Assembly: GCA_963757935.1 (NCBI GenBank)
Contig: CAVWSZ010000016.1
Coordinates: 206,321-270,320 of the forward strand
Reading direction: 5' to 3'
DNA length: 64,000 bases
DNA from: an uncultured Bacteroidales bacterium
Lineage (GTDB): Bacteria; Bacteroidota; Bacteroidia; Bacteroidales; VadinHA17
Shown here: positions 29,762-38,028 of the stretch, one piece after another
Position numbering within the stretch: the stretch's first letter is position 1
How the letters are laid out: every line of letters begins with the position of its first letter
The notes under the pieces: model-generated
Databases searched by the model: none
Told to the model about the DNA's origin: nothing
What the model saw: the letters and a program-made list of their open reading frames with translations, nothing else
Program-made: the position numbers and the translations under genes

Positions 29762-29769
29762 TAAGTTTG
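29762..29769 (+). promoter_or_regulatory. TAnnTTTG -7 motif (TAAGTTTG)
   Basis: Exact consensus match, ending 26 nt upstream of the citD-citE ATG at 29795. Confidence 0.4.
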
Positions 29770-29794
29770 TATAACACTACCTAAAACAGCGGAG

Positions 29795-31012
29795 ATGACA
29801 CAATGCGTAACCGGAAACGCCGGCCCAAAGGTGAGATCTGATATAGAGGTGACCCTTGAACTTACAGATTCGGGCGGCATTGAACTCAGTATTAAGTCAA
29901 AGGTGAAAAGCATGTACGGCATTGCCATCGATAAGCAATGCCGGGAGCTGCTGACACACTTCGGTATCACAAATGCCAGGATGTCGGTAAACGATTCCGG
30001 TGCACTTCCTTTTGTGATCGCCGCAAGGATTGAAGCCGCTGCAAGGGCACTGGGGAAAATCCATTCAGAATTCCTCCCGGAGATGCTTCCTGAAAACCTG
30101 TACACATCTGAGAGGGGACGTTTTCGCTTTTCAAGGCTCTATCTTCCGGGCAACAGTCCCGGCATGTTCCTGAATGCAGGTCTACACTCACCTGACGGCG
30201 TGATACTTGACCTTGAGGACTCAGTTGCTCCGGCAAGAAAAGATGAAGCCCGCATTCTTGTCAGAAATGCCCTTCGCGCCGTTGACTTTTACGGGGCTGA
30301 AAGAATGATCCGCATTAACCAGGGGCAGCGTGGACTCGAGGACCTTGAATGGCTGATCCCCCATAATGTGCACCTTGTGCTGGTTCCAAAATGTGAAGAT
30401 CCGGCGACGCTTGTTGAAATTGAGAAAAAAATAAAATCGATTCAGAAAGGGGAGAAGGATTCACACCCCGTATTCCTGATGCCTATAATTGAAACCGCCC
30501 TTGGCGTTGAAAATGCTTTCGGCATAGCCCGGGCTACACCCAATGTGGTTGCACTGGCTATCGGGCTTGAAGACTACACTGCCGACCTGGGCGTCCAGCG
30601 AACAAAAGAGGGAGCGGAGTCGCTCTATGCACGCACAAGGATAGTGGTGGCAGCGAAAGCTGCAGGTATTCAACCCATCGATTCAGTATTCTCTGACGTA
30701 GGAGACATGGATGGCCTCATGAACAATATAATTTCATCGAAGGCGCTGGGATTCGAAGGAATGGGATGTATCCACCCGAGGCAGATCCCGGTGATCAGAC
30801 GGGGCTTCTCACCCACACCAGATGAAATTGAAAAGGCGAAAAAGATTGTAATCGCTTTCAGTGATGCTCAGGCAAAGGGCCTCGGTGTTGTTTCCCTGGG
30901 GACTAAAATGATAGATCCTCCTGTTGTGGCGAGGGCTGAAAAGACAATCAATCTCGCCGTGAAACTGGGATTGCTGCCGGAGAAATGGGCAGAGGAAGAG
31001 ACAATTGAATAG
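29795..31012 (+). CDS. Fused citrate lyase acyl carrier protein (CitD) and citryl-CoA lyase beta subunit (CitE)
   Basis: 405 aa. Residues 1-95 look like CitD (...SDIEVTLEL..., VNDSGALPFVIAARIEAAARAL). The rest is HpcH/CitE-like (RLYLPGNSPGMFLNAGLHSPDGVILDLEDSVAPARKDEAR). Confidence 0.8.
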   Translation: MTQCVTGNAGPKVRSDIEVTLELTDSGGIELSIKSKVKSMYGIAIDKQCRELLTHFGITNARMSVNDSGALPFVIAARIEAAARALGKIHSEFLPEMLPENLYTSERGRFRFSRLYLPGNSPGMFLNAGLHSPDGVILDLEDSVAPARKDEARILVRNALRAVDFYGAERMIRINQGQRGLEDLEWLIPHNVHLVLVPKCEDPATLVEIEKKIKSIQKGEKDSHPVFLMPIIETALGVENAFGIARATPNVVALAIGLEDYTADLGVQRTKEGAESLYARTRIVVAAKAAGIQPIDSVFSDVGDMDGLMNNIISSKALGFEGMGCIHPRQIPVIRRGFSPTPDEIEKAKKIVIAFSDAQAKGLGVVSLGTKMIDPPVVARAEKTINLAVKLGLLPEKWAEEETIE

Positions 31013-31031
31013 TTAATTAGAAGCTTTAGCC

Positions 31032-32582
31032 ATGAAAATGACAGAAAATGCTGCCGGCAGGCTTGTTCCGGATGAAATCAACGGAGTAAAAGCAGTGCCT
31101 TTCAAAGGCGTAGGGAAACACCGTCCGGACGGCCGTAAGTATGGGCCTCCCATTCCCACATGCATTGACTTTCCTGATGACAACAACAAAGTGGTTGGCT
31201 CACTGCAGGAGGCGCTTGAAAAATGTGGACTGAAAGACGGGATGACAATTTCCACACATCACCATCTCCGCGACGGTGACCTTGTCAGCAATAAGATATT
31301 TGACATTGCATCTGCAATGGGGATAAAAGGCCTTACCTGGCTGCCGTCGGCATCTTTCCCCTGCAATGACCCGGTGATAGCGTATCTTGAGGACGGGACA
31401 ATAGACCATATTGAGGGCAGCATGAACGGACCCCTCGGAAGGTTTGTCTCCGAAGGAAGGATGAAGGGAATGGCCGTTCTGCGTTCGCATGGAGGACGGG
31501 TTCAGGCAATTCAGGACGGTGAGGTGAAGATTGATATTGCCGTTCTGGCAGCACCGGCCTCCGACTCTTTCGGCAATGCCCGTGGCACTGGCGGCCCCTC
31601 GGCAACCGGAGTGCTCGGATATGCTAAGGCTGACTACCTGTACGCCGATAAGGTAATCGTTGTGACTGACAACCTGGTGGACCTTCCCTGTTTCCCAATG
31701 GAAATTGAGGGTAACTATGTCGATTATGTGGTGCTGGTTGATAAGATCGGTATACCTGAAAAAATAGTCTCCGGCACTACCCAGATCACAAAAAGCCCTG
31801 ACAGACTTCTCATTGCAGAACTGACTGCAACATTTCTTGAAAAATCGGGACTGCTGCGTGACGGAGCAACAATGCAGGCCGGGGCAGGCGGCACCAGCCT
31901 TGCAATTGCTGTTTACGCCCATGAGATTCTGAAGAAGAAAGGGTGGAAATTCCGGTTCGGTTTCGGCGGAAGCACAAAATACATGGTACAGATGCTGGAA
32001 GAGGGGCAGATGGGTTATATACTTGATGCCCAGGCATTTGATCTTGACTCTGTGAGGTCAATAGAGATAAACCCCAACCATATTCCTTACCCGGTATTCA
32101 ATGCCTACAATTACCATTCGAAGGGCAACCTGACAGCGATGATGGATATCATGATCCTGGGAGCCACCGAAATAGACATTAATTACAACGGAAATGTAGT
32201 CACCCACTCTGATGGCCTTCTGCTGCACGGCATCGGCGGATGGCAGAACTGTCTCCACGCGCGCAATGTAATAATACCTGTTCCGCTGTTCCGTGACAGG
32301 ATCCCCGTGATTGTGGACCGGGTTACTACTCTCTGCGGCCCTGGAGAACTCATCGATGTTATAATCACCGAAAGGGGTATTGCAATCAACCCCCGGAGAC
32401 AGGATCTTATTGACTCTGTAAAGGGAACGGGATTGCCGGTTATGACTATTGAAGAACTGAAGGATATGGCCGAGAGAATGTGCGGCAAACCTGAAAAGGC
32501 TGCAGTTGATGACCGTGTCGTGGCTGCCATAAAATGGGTTGACGGCACAGTTATTGATGCTGTCCGAAAAGTGAAATATTAA
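31032..32582 (+). CDS. citF: Citrate lyase alpha subunit (citrate CoA-transferase)
   Basis: 516 aa of the CitF family, by overall similarity and by context directly after citD-citE. Confidence 0.85.
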   Translation: MKMTENAAGRLVPDEINGVKAVPFKGVGKHRPDGRKYGPPIPTCIDFPDDNNKVVGSLQEALEKCGLKDGMTISTHHHLRDGDLVSNKIFDIASAMGIKGLTWLPSASFPCNDPVIAYLEDGTIDHIEGSMNGPLGRFVSEGRMKGMAVLRSHGGRVQAIQDGEVKIDIAVLAAPASDSFGNARGTGGPSATGVLGYAKADYLYADKVIVVTDNLVDLPCFPMEIEGNYVDYVVLVDKIGIPEKIVSGTTQITKSPDRLLIAELTATFLEKSGLLRDGATMQAGAGGTSLAIAVYAHEILKKKGWKFRFGFGGSTKYMVQMLEEGQMGYILDAQAFDLDSVRSIEINPNHIPYPVFNAYNYHSKGNLTAMMDIMILGATEIDINYNGNVVTHSDGLLLHGIGGWQNCLHARNVIIPVPLFRDRIPVIVDRVTTLCGPGELIDVIITERGIAINPRRQDLIDSVKGTGLPVMTIEELKDMAERMCGKPEKAAVDDRVVAAIKWVDGTVIDAVRKVKY

Positions 32583-32601
32583 TCCCTGAAAAAGTTATAA
32601 T

Positions 32602-32762
32602 ATGAATAGATATAAATGCCCGGTGTGCGGATATCTGTACGATCCGGAGATTGGTGATGAGATTGCCGGTGTTGAACCGGGAGTGGCCTTTGAAGACCTT
32701 CCGTCAGGATGGTTTGTCCTGTATGCGGGGCTCCCCACGACGATTTTGAGGAGTACGATTAA
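32602..32762 (+). pseudogene. Rubredoxin, 1 frameshift as sequenced
   Basis: The sequence starts MNRYKCPVCGYLYDPEIGDEIAGVEPGVAFEDLPSGW. The second metal-binding knuckle, CPVCGAPHDDFEEYD*, follows in the -1 frame. The break is at the TTT run at 32713-32715. Confidence 0.8.
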
Positions 32763-34237
32763 TTCTCTGTCTGAGGTTCCTCTTCAGGGATGTGTTTTAT
32801 TACATCCAAAAGCAGATCCCAGAACATCTGTACTGTTTCAATCTCTATTCTCTCTTCCGGAGTGTGGGCTCCCCTGATTGTGGGTCCGAACGAGATCATA
32901 TCAATGCCTTTGTACTTCTCAAGTATAAGTCCGCACTCCAGCCCGGCATGAATGGCCTTTACCTGGGGTACTTTTCCGAAGAGCTTCCTGTAAGAATCGA
33001 TAAGAAGCCTCAGAATGGCTGAGTTCATATTCGGCTTCCATCCGGGATAACCGTCAGAATGTGTCACTTTGGCTCCGGCGAGCTCGAAGCACGCTTCCGT
33101 GCTCATTGCCGCATATCGCTTCGCCTCTTCAGAGGAGCTCCTCTGTGTTGTAACCACATGTATTGAATTGTTTTCAGTCAGGCGTACGGTTGCCAGGTTG
33201 CTCGATGTCTCCACCAGGTCAGGCATCTCCTTAGACCATCCTATGACTCCGTGAGGTACGACACTAAGTGCGTTCAGGATTTTATGCTGTGTATCAGGAT
33301 CAATTTTTGTTGCAGGTACATCGGCAGGTGTGGCCATAACCTTCAGGTCAGGCTCAAGTCTTCCGAATTCTTCGCGTATCACTGTGTTGAAAACTGCTGT
33401 ATCCTTAAGGATTGCCTCTTCATGGGAGGGATTGAAAGTGACAGTGACGAATGCCTCCCTTGGGATTGCATTGCGCAGGTTGCCTCCTGTGAAACTGCTG
33501 ACAGAAATTCCGTACTTCCTTTCAAGCTCCTGAAGAAGCCTGGAAATGATCTTTATCGAATTTCCGTAACCCTTATGGATCTCATCGCCCGAATGACCGC
33601 CGTGCAACCCCGTAACGGAGATGTTCATAGCCCTGTCACCTGCTGCTACCGGCTGAGGCGTATACTGAAGCATTGCCTGGGTGTCTATTCCTCCGGCACA
33701 GCCTATGAAAAGAATGCCTTCATCTTCCGAGTCAAGGTTAAGCAGGATTCTGCCTGTGAAAAAATCAGGACTGAGGTTAATGGCCCCGGTCATCCCGCTC
33801 TCTTCGTCTACAGTAAAAAGACACTCTATTTTACCGCATCTCAGATAGGGATCCGTTAGTATGGCCATCTGTGCGGCTATGCCAATGCCGTCATCGGCTC
33901 CCAGGGTAGTGCCGCTGGCGCCGACCCATTTGCCGTCAAGCACCGGAATGATAGGGTCTTCCTGCCAGTTATGGGGGTAAGAAGCATTCTTCTCACCAAC
34001 CATGTCCAGATGACTCTGAAGTACCACTGTCTTCACCCGCTCCATACCCGGAGAGGCTTCCCTCGTTATGAGTATGTTCCCGACACTGTCTTCCTTTGCA
34101 TACAGTTTATGCCGGGCTGCAAATTCAAGCAGGTATTTCCTGATCTTTTCCTCATTCTTTGACAACCTGGGTATCTTGCAGATCTCTTCGAAATAGCTCC
34201 AAACCTTCCCCGGTCTTATTTCCCCCAACTGACTCAT
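32759..34237 (-). CDS. pepD: Aminoacyl-histidine (Xaa-His) dipeptidase, M20 family
   Basis: 492 aa. The N-terminus VWSYFEEICKIPRLSKNEEKIRKYL and the block LGADDGIGIAAQMA are typical of PepD. Confidence 0.9.
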   Translation of the reverse strand: MSQLGEIRPGKVWSYFEEICKIPRLSKNEEKIRKYLLEFAARHKLYAKEDSVGNILITREASPGMERVKTVVLQSHLDMVGEKNASYPHNWQEDPIIPVLDGKWVGASGTTLGADDGIGIAAQMAILTDPYLRCGKIECLFTVDEESGMTGAINLSPDFFTGRILLNLDSEDEGILFIGCAGGIDTQAMLQYTPQPVAAGDRAMNISVTGLHGGHSGDEIHKGYGNSIKIISRLLQELERKYGISVSSFTGGNLRNAIPREAFVTVTFNPSHEEAILKDTAVFNTVIREEFGRLEPDLKVMATPADVPATKIDPDTQHKILNALSVVPHGVIGWSKEMPDLVETSSNLATVRLTENNSIHVVTTQRSSSEEAKRYAAMSTEACFELAGAKVTHSDGYPGWKPNMNSAILRLLIDSYRKLFGKVPQVKAIHAGLECGLILEKYKGIDMISFGPTIRGAHTPEERIEIETVQMFWDLLLDVIKHIPEEEPQTEN

Positions 34238-34283
34238 ATCGGTTATTTCTCCGTCAGGCCGAAGCCTGTTTTATTTTAAGCGA

Positions 34284-34291
34284 CAAATATA
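34284..34291 (-). promoter_or_regulatory. TAnnTTTG -7 motif on the minus strand (TATATTTG)
   Basis: The plus strand reads CAAATATA, 47 nt upstream of the pepD ATG at 34237. Confidence 0.35.
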
Positions 34292-34402
34292 GTTTTTTTA
34301 TTAAGCAACAAACCTGAGATTTAACCGCTAAATATCTTTTTTTAAACTCGGGAAAAACTCTATTTTTACGTCATACCATAATCAAAACAAAAATTTTCAA
34401 AT

Positions 34403-35599
34403 ATGGCAAAACGTACAATAGTGGCACTGCCGGGTGACGGCATCGGTGCAGTAGTTCTGAATGAAGCGGTTCGCGTGCTGAATGCAGCCGGATTTGATGC
34501 AGAATATGTATACGGCGATATCGGATGGGATCTTTGGTGCAAAGAAGGGAATCCCCTGCCTCAACGTACCATAGATCTTATTGCTCAGCATAAAATAGCC
34601 CTTTTCGGGGCGATAACCTCCAAACCCAAGGATGATGCGGTAGCAGAACTGGCACCTGCCCTGCACGGCAAGGGATTTACATACAGCAGCCCGATTGTGG
34701 GACTCCGTCAGCATTTCGGTCTTGACATATGCATAAGACCCTGCAAGAGCTACAAAGGCAACCCCCTTAACTTCATACGCAGGGGAACCGCCACCCCGGT
34801 GGAGGAACCACTGATCGACGTTGTAATATTCAGACAGAATACCGAAGGTCTCTACGGCGGTGTGGAATGGTCCAACCCTCCGGCACAGGTGTATGATGCG
34901 CTGATGACTCACCCCAAGTTCAGGGAGAACTTCGGGTGGTGCCCGAAAGAAGAACTGGCTGTATCGACAAGGATTTTTACCAAAAAATATACCGAACGAA
35001 TCGTCAGGGCTGCCTTTGAACATGCCTTGAAATTCGGGTACAAATCGGTAACCGTTTGCGAGAAGCCTAATGTCATCCGGGAGACTTCGGGACTTATGTG
35101 GAAGATAGCAAAGGATATGCAGAAGAATGAATTTCCTTCAATAAAGTTGTTGAACACCAATATTGACGCCCAGATGATGTGGCTGACTAAGAATCCTGAA
35201 GATTACGGTGTTATTGTTGCCGGAAATATGTTCGGTGACATAGCTTCAGATGCGTTCGCCGGTCTTATCGGCGGTCTCGGGTTTGCCTGCAGCGCACAGT
35301 TCTCCGAAGACGGAATCGGAGTCTTCGAACCTACTCACGGCTCAGCACCCAAATATGCAGATTTCAAGGTTTCGATAGTTAACCCCATTGCAATGATAGA
35401 ATCTGCCTGCATGATGCTTGACTATATTGAGGAGAAGGCTATTGCAGCCCGCATTCGTAAAGCCATTGCCACAGTGATAGAGGATGGAAAGGTACGGACC
35501 TACGATATGATGAAGATGTCAGGTAAGCCTGAGGTTATTGAACAGGGTGCCGCTTCAACCAGTCAGATGACAGATGCCATAATTGCCTGCCTTAAATAG
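34403..35599 (+). CDS. Isocitrate/isopropylmalate dehydrogenase family protein (probably isocitrate dehydrogenase)
   Basis: 398 aa with IVALPGDGIGAVV, the SPIVGLRQHFGLDICIRPCK block and GNMFGDIASDAFAGLIGGLG. Substrate specificity cannot be decided from the sequence alone. Confidence 0.75.
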   Translation: MAKRTIVALPGDGIGAVVLNEAVRVLNAAGFDAEYVYGDIGWDLWCKEGNPLPQRTIDLIAQHKIALFGAITSKPKDDAVAELAPALHGKGFTYSSPIVGLRQHFGLDICIRPCKSYKGNPLNFIRRGTATPVEEPLIDVVIFRQNTEGLYGGVEWSNPPAQVYDALMTHPKFRENFGWCPKEELAVSTRIFTKKYTERIVRAAFEHALKFGYKSVTVCEKPNVIRETSGLMWKIAKDMQKNEFPSIKLLNTNIDAQMMWLTKNPEDYGVIVAGNMFGDIASDAFAGLIGGLGFACSAQFSEDGIGVFEPTHGSAPKYADFKVSIVNPIAMIESACMMLDYIEEKAIAARIRKAIATVIEDGKVRTYDMMKMSGKPEVIEQGAASTSQMTDAIIACLK

Positions 35600-35605
35600 A
35601 CCACG

Positions 35606-36157
35606 ATGACAGAAGAGATTAAAAAACTCTGGCCCGAGCTGGAATGGATCAGTGATCCGGACCTGAGGGAAAAGACCGCACGTACATGGGAACTGGCACT
35701 TGAAAGAAGTGTCCTGAGTGCCGATGATCTTGACCGGATACCGTTCACGCTGCTTTGCGGCCCTGACCTGAAGGTCACATTCATGGATCACAAACGGTGC
35801 GTAGTGCACGTTGCAAAGGATGCAGGCGAAAAAATGAACGAATTCTTCAGGGGTGAATTACCGGTAAATATGGATGTACTGATCTCCGGCGCCATCCTGG
35901 CCGATGTCGGTAAAATGCTCGAGTATGAACTTGATGCCGGCGGAAAAGCTGTACAGGGAAAATACGGACAGTATCTCCGTCATCCCTTTTCAGGCGTCAG
36001 CCTGGCGGAAGAATGCGGCGTGCCTCCCGAGGTTTGCCACATTATCGCCGCCCATGCGCATGAGGGGGATCTTGTTAAAAGGACTACAGAAGCGTATATA
36101 GTGCATCACGCCGACTTCATGACTTTTCTGCCTTTTAAAAGCAGACTGATAGTATAG
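35606..36157 (+). CDS. HD-domain protein
   Basis: 183 aa with HVAKDAG..., GAILADVGK and IIAAHAHEGD, which look like HD metal-binding motifs. It starts 6 nt after the dehydrogenase gene. Confidence 0.6.
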   Translation: MTEEIKKLWPELEWISDPDLREKTARTWELALERSVLSADDLDRIPFTLLCGPDLKVTFMDHKRCVVHVAKDAGEKMNEFFRGELPVNMDVLISGAILADVGKMLEYELDAGGKAVQGKYGQYLRHPFSGVSLAEECGVPPEVCHIIAAHAHEGDLVKRTTEAYIVHHADFMTFLPFKSRLIV

Positions 36158-36172
36158 GTTAAGACAGGGGAT

Positions 36173-38005
36173 CTATCTGACCACTGCTGCACCTCTGTGT
36201 GCATTGCGGACATTCTCAGATCCCATTTTGTCAACCTCACGGTCGTAGGTCATAAGTCCGTTGGTTTCAGTTTCAACATCGGTAGTCTGGGTGTAGACAG
36301 AGGCGCTCAGTCCTTTCTTTTCTACAAGTTCCCTGACAACGGAATAGAAAGCCTCATATCTCCTGAGAAGATCCGTGCTGTCTGTCATATTGCGGTAACC
36401 CCAGTTTTTCTGCTCCCATGTATGACCCGGTACGGGTAGTCCCAGACCTCCGAACTCACCCAGAACAATTGCTCTTTTCTCCTCTGCCGGTGGAGCTACA
36501 GGTTCCGGGTAATTATGGACATCCATGACATCGCCTGTCCCCCTGTCGGTCCATCCGGAGGCACTGTTTACAAGCCTGGTGGTATCATATGCTGAAACAA
36601 AATCAGTGACCAGGGCAGTGTTGTACTGCCCCCATCCCTCGTTGTAAATCACCCACATTATTATGGATGGATGATTGTATTTTGTGTCGATCATGCTTAG
36701 CAGCTCAGTCATGAACTGGGTTGAGTCAGCCTCAGACTTGACAATATCCGGTTTGTCACCCCAGATATAATCATCTCCGCTGGGCATATCCTGCCAGACC
36801 AGCATGCCCAATCTGTCTGCATGGTAATAATATCTCCTGTTCTCAACCTTGACATGCTTGCGCAACATATTGAATCCCATATTCTTCAGCATCTCAATGT
36901 CGTAAACCATGGCTTCATCAGTTGGCGGAGTATAGATTCCGTCTGGCCAGAAACCCTGGTCTAATGGACCATTCTGCCACACAAATGCGTTGTTAAGCAT
37001 CAGCCTTGTATATCCGTCAGCAGTCTTGCCGAGAGAGATCTTCCGCATGCCGGCATATGATTTTATGTTGTCAACAGGAAAGCCTCCCGAGATAAGTTTT
37101 ATCTCCATATCATACAGTACCGGATTCTCAGGGCTCCACAACTGCGGATCACTGATTGATACTGCCAGAGGTTTTCCCGTTTCACCGCTTGCAGTTCCGG
37201 CAACTTCTCCTTTGTATAAGAAAGTAACCTCGGCAAGTGAAGGAGCCATATCTACCGGCGGGCACCCTTCCGCACCCTTGCAGTGATCCTCTGAAACTGT
37301 GACTGTAAATGTGTTTTTATCAATGTCACTCACAACACGCAACCCGCTGATCCAACTTCTGTTTACAGGTTCAAGCCATACGCTCTGCCAGATGCCGGTT
37401 GTCGGGGTGTACCAAATTCCTCCGGGTTTTGACACCTGCTTGCCCCTGGGCTGTCTGCCCCTGTCAGTCGGATCCCAAACCCTGACAAGAATTTTGTGCT
37501 TCTTACTGTCGGCCAGGAGAGGTGTAATATTGAATGAAAACGGATCATAACCGCCTGAATGCTTTCCTGCAAGCTTTCCGTCGATCCAGACTGAAGTCTC
37601 CCAGTCCGATGCTTCAAAATTCAGGATAATCTGTTGTTCGTTCCATTCGCGTGGCATTATAAACTCCCTCGAATACCACAGGGCAAGGGAGTCGGTTACC
37701 CGCCGCCTTACACCTGACAATGCCGATTCCACAGAGTAGGGGACCAGTATTTTACCTTCCGGTTCACCAAATTCTGCATCTTTAAGAGTAAGAGCATAAT
37801 CCCATAAACCGTTGAGACTCATCCACCGGTCTCTTACAAGGTCAGGTCTGGGATACTCAGGCCAGGGCGAGACAGGGTCAATATCTTTTGCCCATCTTGT
37901 CAGGAGCGGGCTTTCAGCCGGTTGCCAGGTTGTATCAGCCTCTCGTAAACAGCTGCTGCTCAGTCCGGCAACAAGCGCAGCAGCCAGGATAAGTGAATAT
38001 TTCAT
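36173..38005 (-). CDS. Glycoside hydrolase family 2 lipoprotein
   Basis: 610 aa. Lipobox: MKYSLILAAALVAGLSSSC. GH2 sugar-binding and TIM-barrel blocks are present (NFEASDWETSVWIDGKLAGKHSGGYDPFSFNIT, IMWVIYNEGWGQ, VLGEFGG). Confidence 0.8.
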   Translation of the reverse strand: MKYSLILAAALVAGLSSSCLREADTTWQPAESPLLTRWAKDIDPVSPWPEYPRPDLVRDRWMSLNGLWDYALTLKDAEFGEPEGKILVPYSVESALSGVRRRVTDSLALWYSREFIMPREWNEQQIILNFEASDWETSVWIDGKLAGKHSGGYDPFSFNITPLLADSKKHKILVRVWDPTDRGRQPRGKQVSKPGGIWYTPTTGIWQSVWLEPVNRSWISGLRVVSDIDKNTFTVTVSEDHCKGAEGCPPVDMAPSLAEVTFLYKGEVAGTASGETGKPLAVSISDPQLWSPENPVLYDMEIKLISGGFPVDNIKSYAGMRKISLGKTADGYTRLMLNNAFVWQNGPLDQGFWPDGIYTPPTDEAMVYDIEMLKNMGFNMLRKHVKVENRRYYYHADRLGMLVWQDMPSGDDYIWGDKPDIVKSEADSTQFMTELLSMIDTKYNHPSIIMWVIYNEGWGQYNTALVTDFVSAYDTTRLVNSASGWTDRGTGDVMDVHNYPEPVAPPAEEKRAIVLGEFGGLGLPVPGHTWEQKNWGYRNMTDSTDLLRRYEAFYSVVRELVEKKGLSASVYTQTTDVETETNGLMTYDREVDKMGSENVRNAHRGAAVVR

Positions 38006-38028
38006 AGAAACTTTTCTTTATTGGGGGA

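Noticed and set aside
31200-31922. Long antisense or out-of-frame ORFs inside well-supported genes. Examples: 31200-31922(-) in citF, 34397-35023(-) in the dehydrogenase, 13982-14623(+) in proS, 33251-33859(+) in pepD, 800-1360(+) in the histidine kinase, 55659-56246(+) in tonB and 29047-29571(-) in mmdB.
   Set aside because: Their translations are low-complexity or Cys/Arg/Ser-rich with no motifs. Each lies fully within a gene whose product is clearly recognisable on the other strand or frame. They are shadow ORFs.
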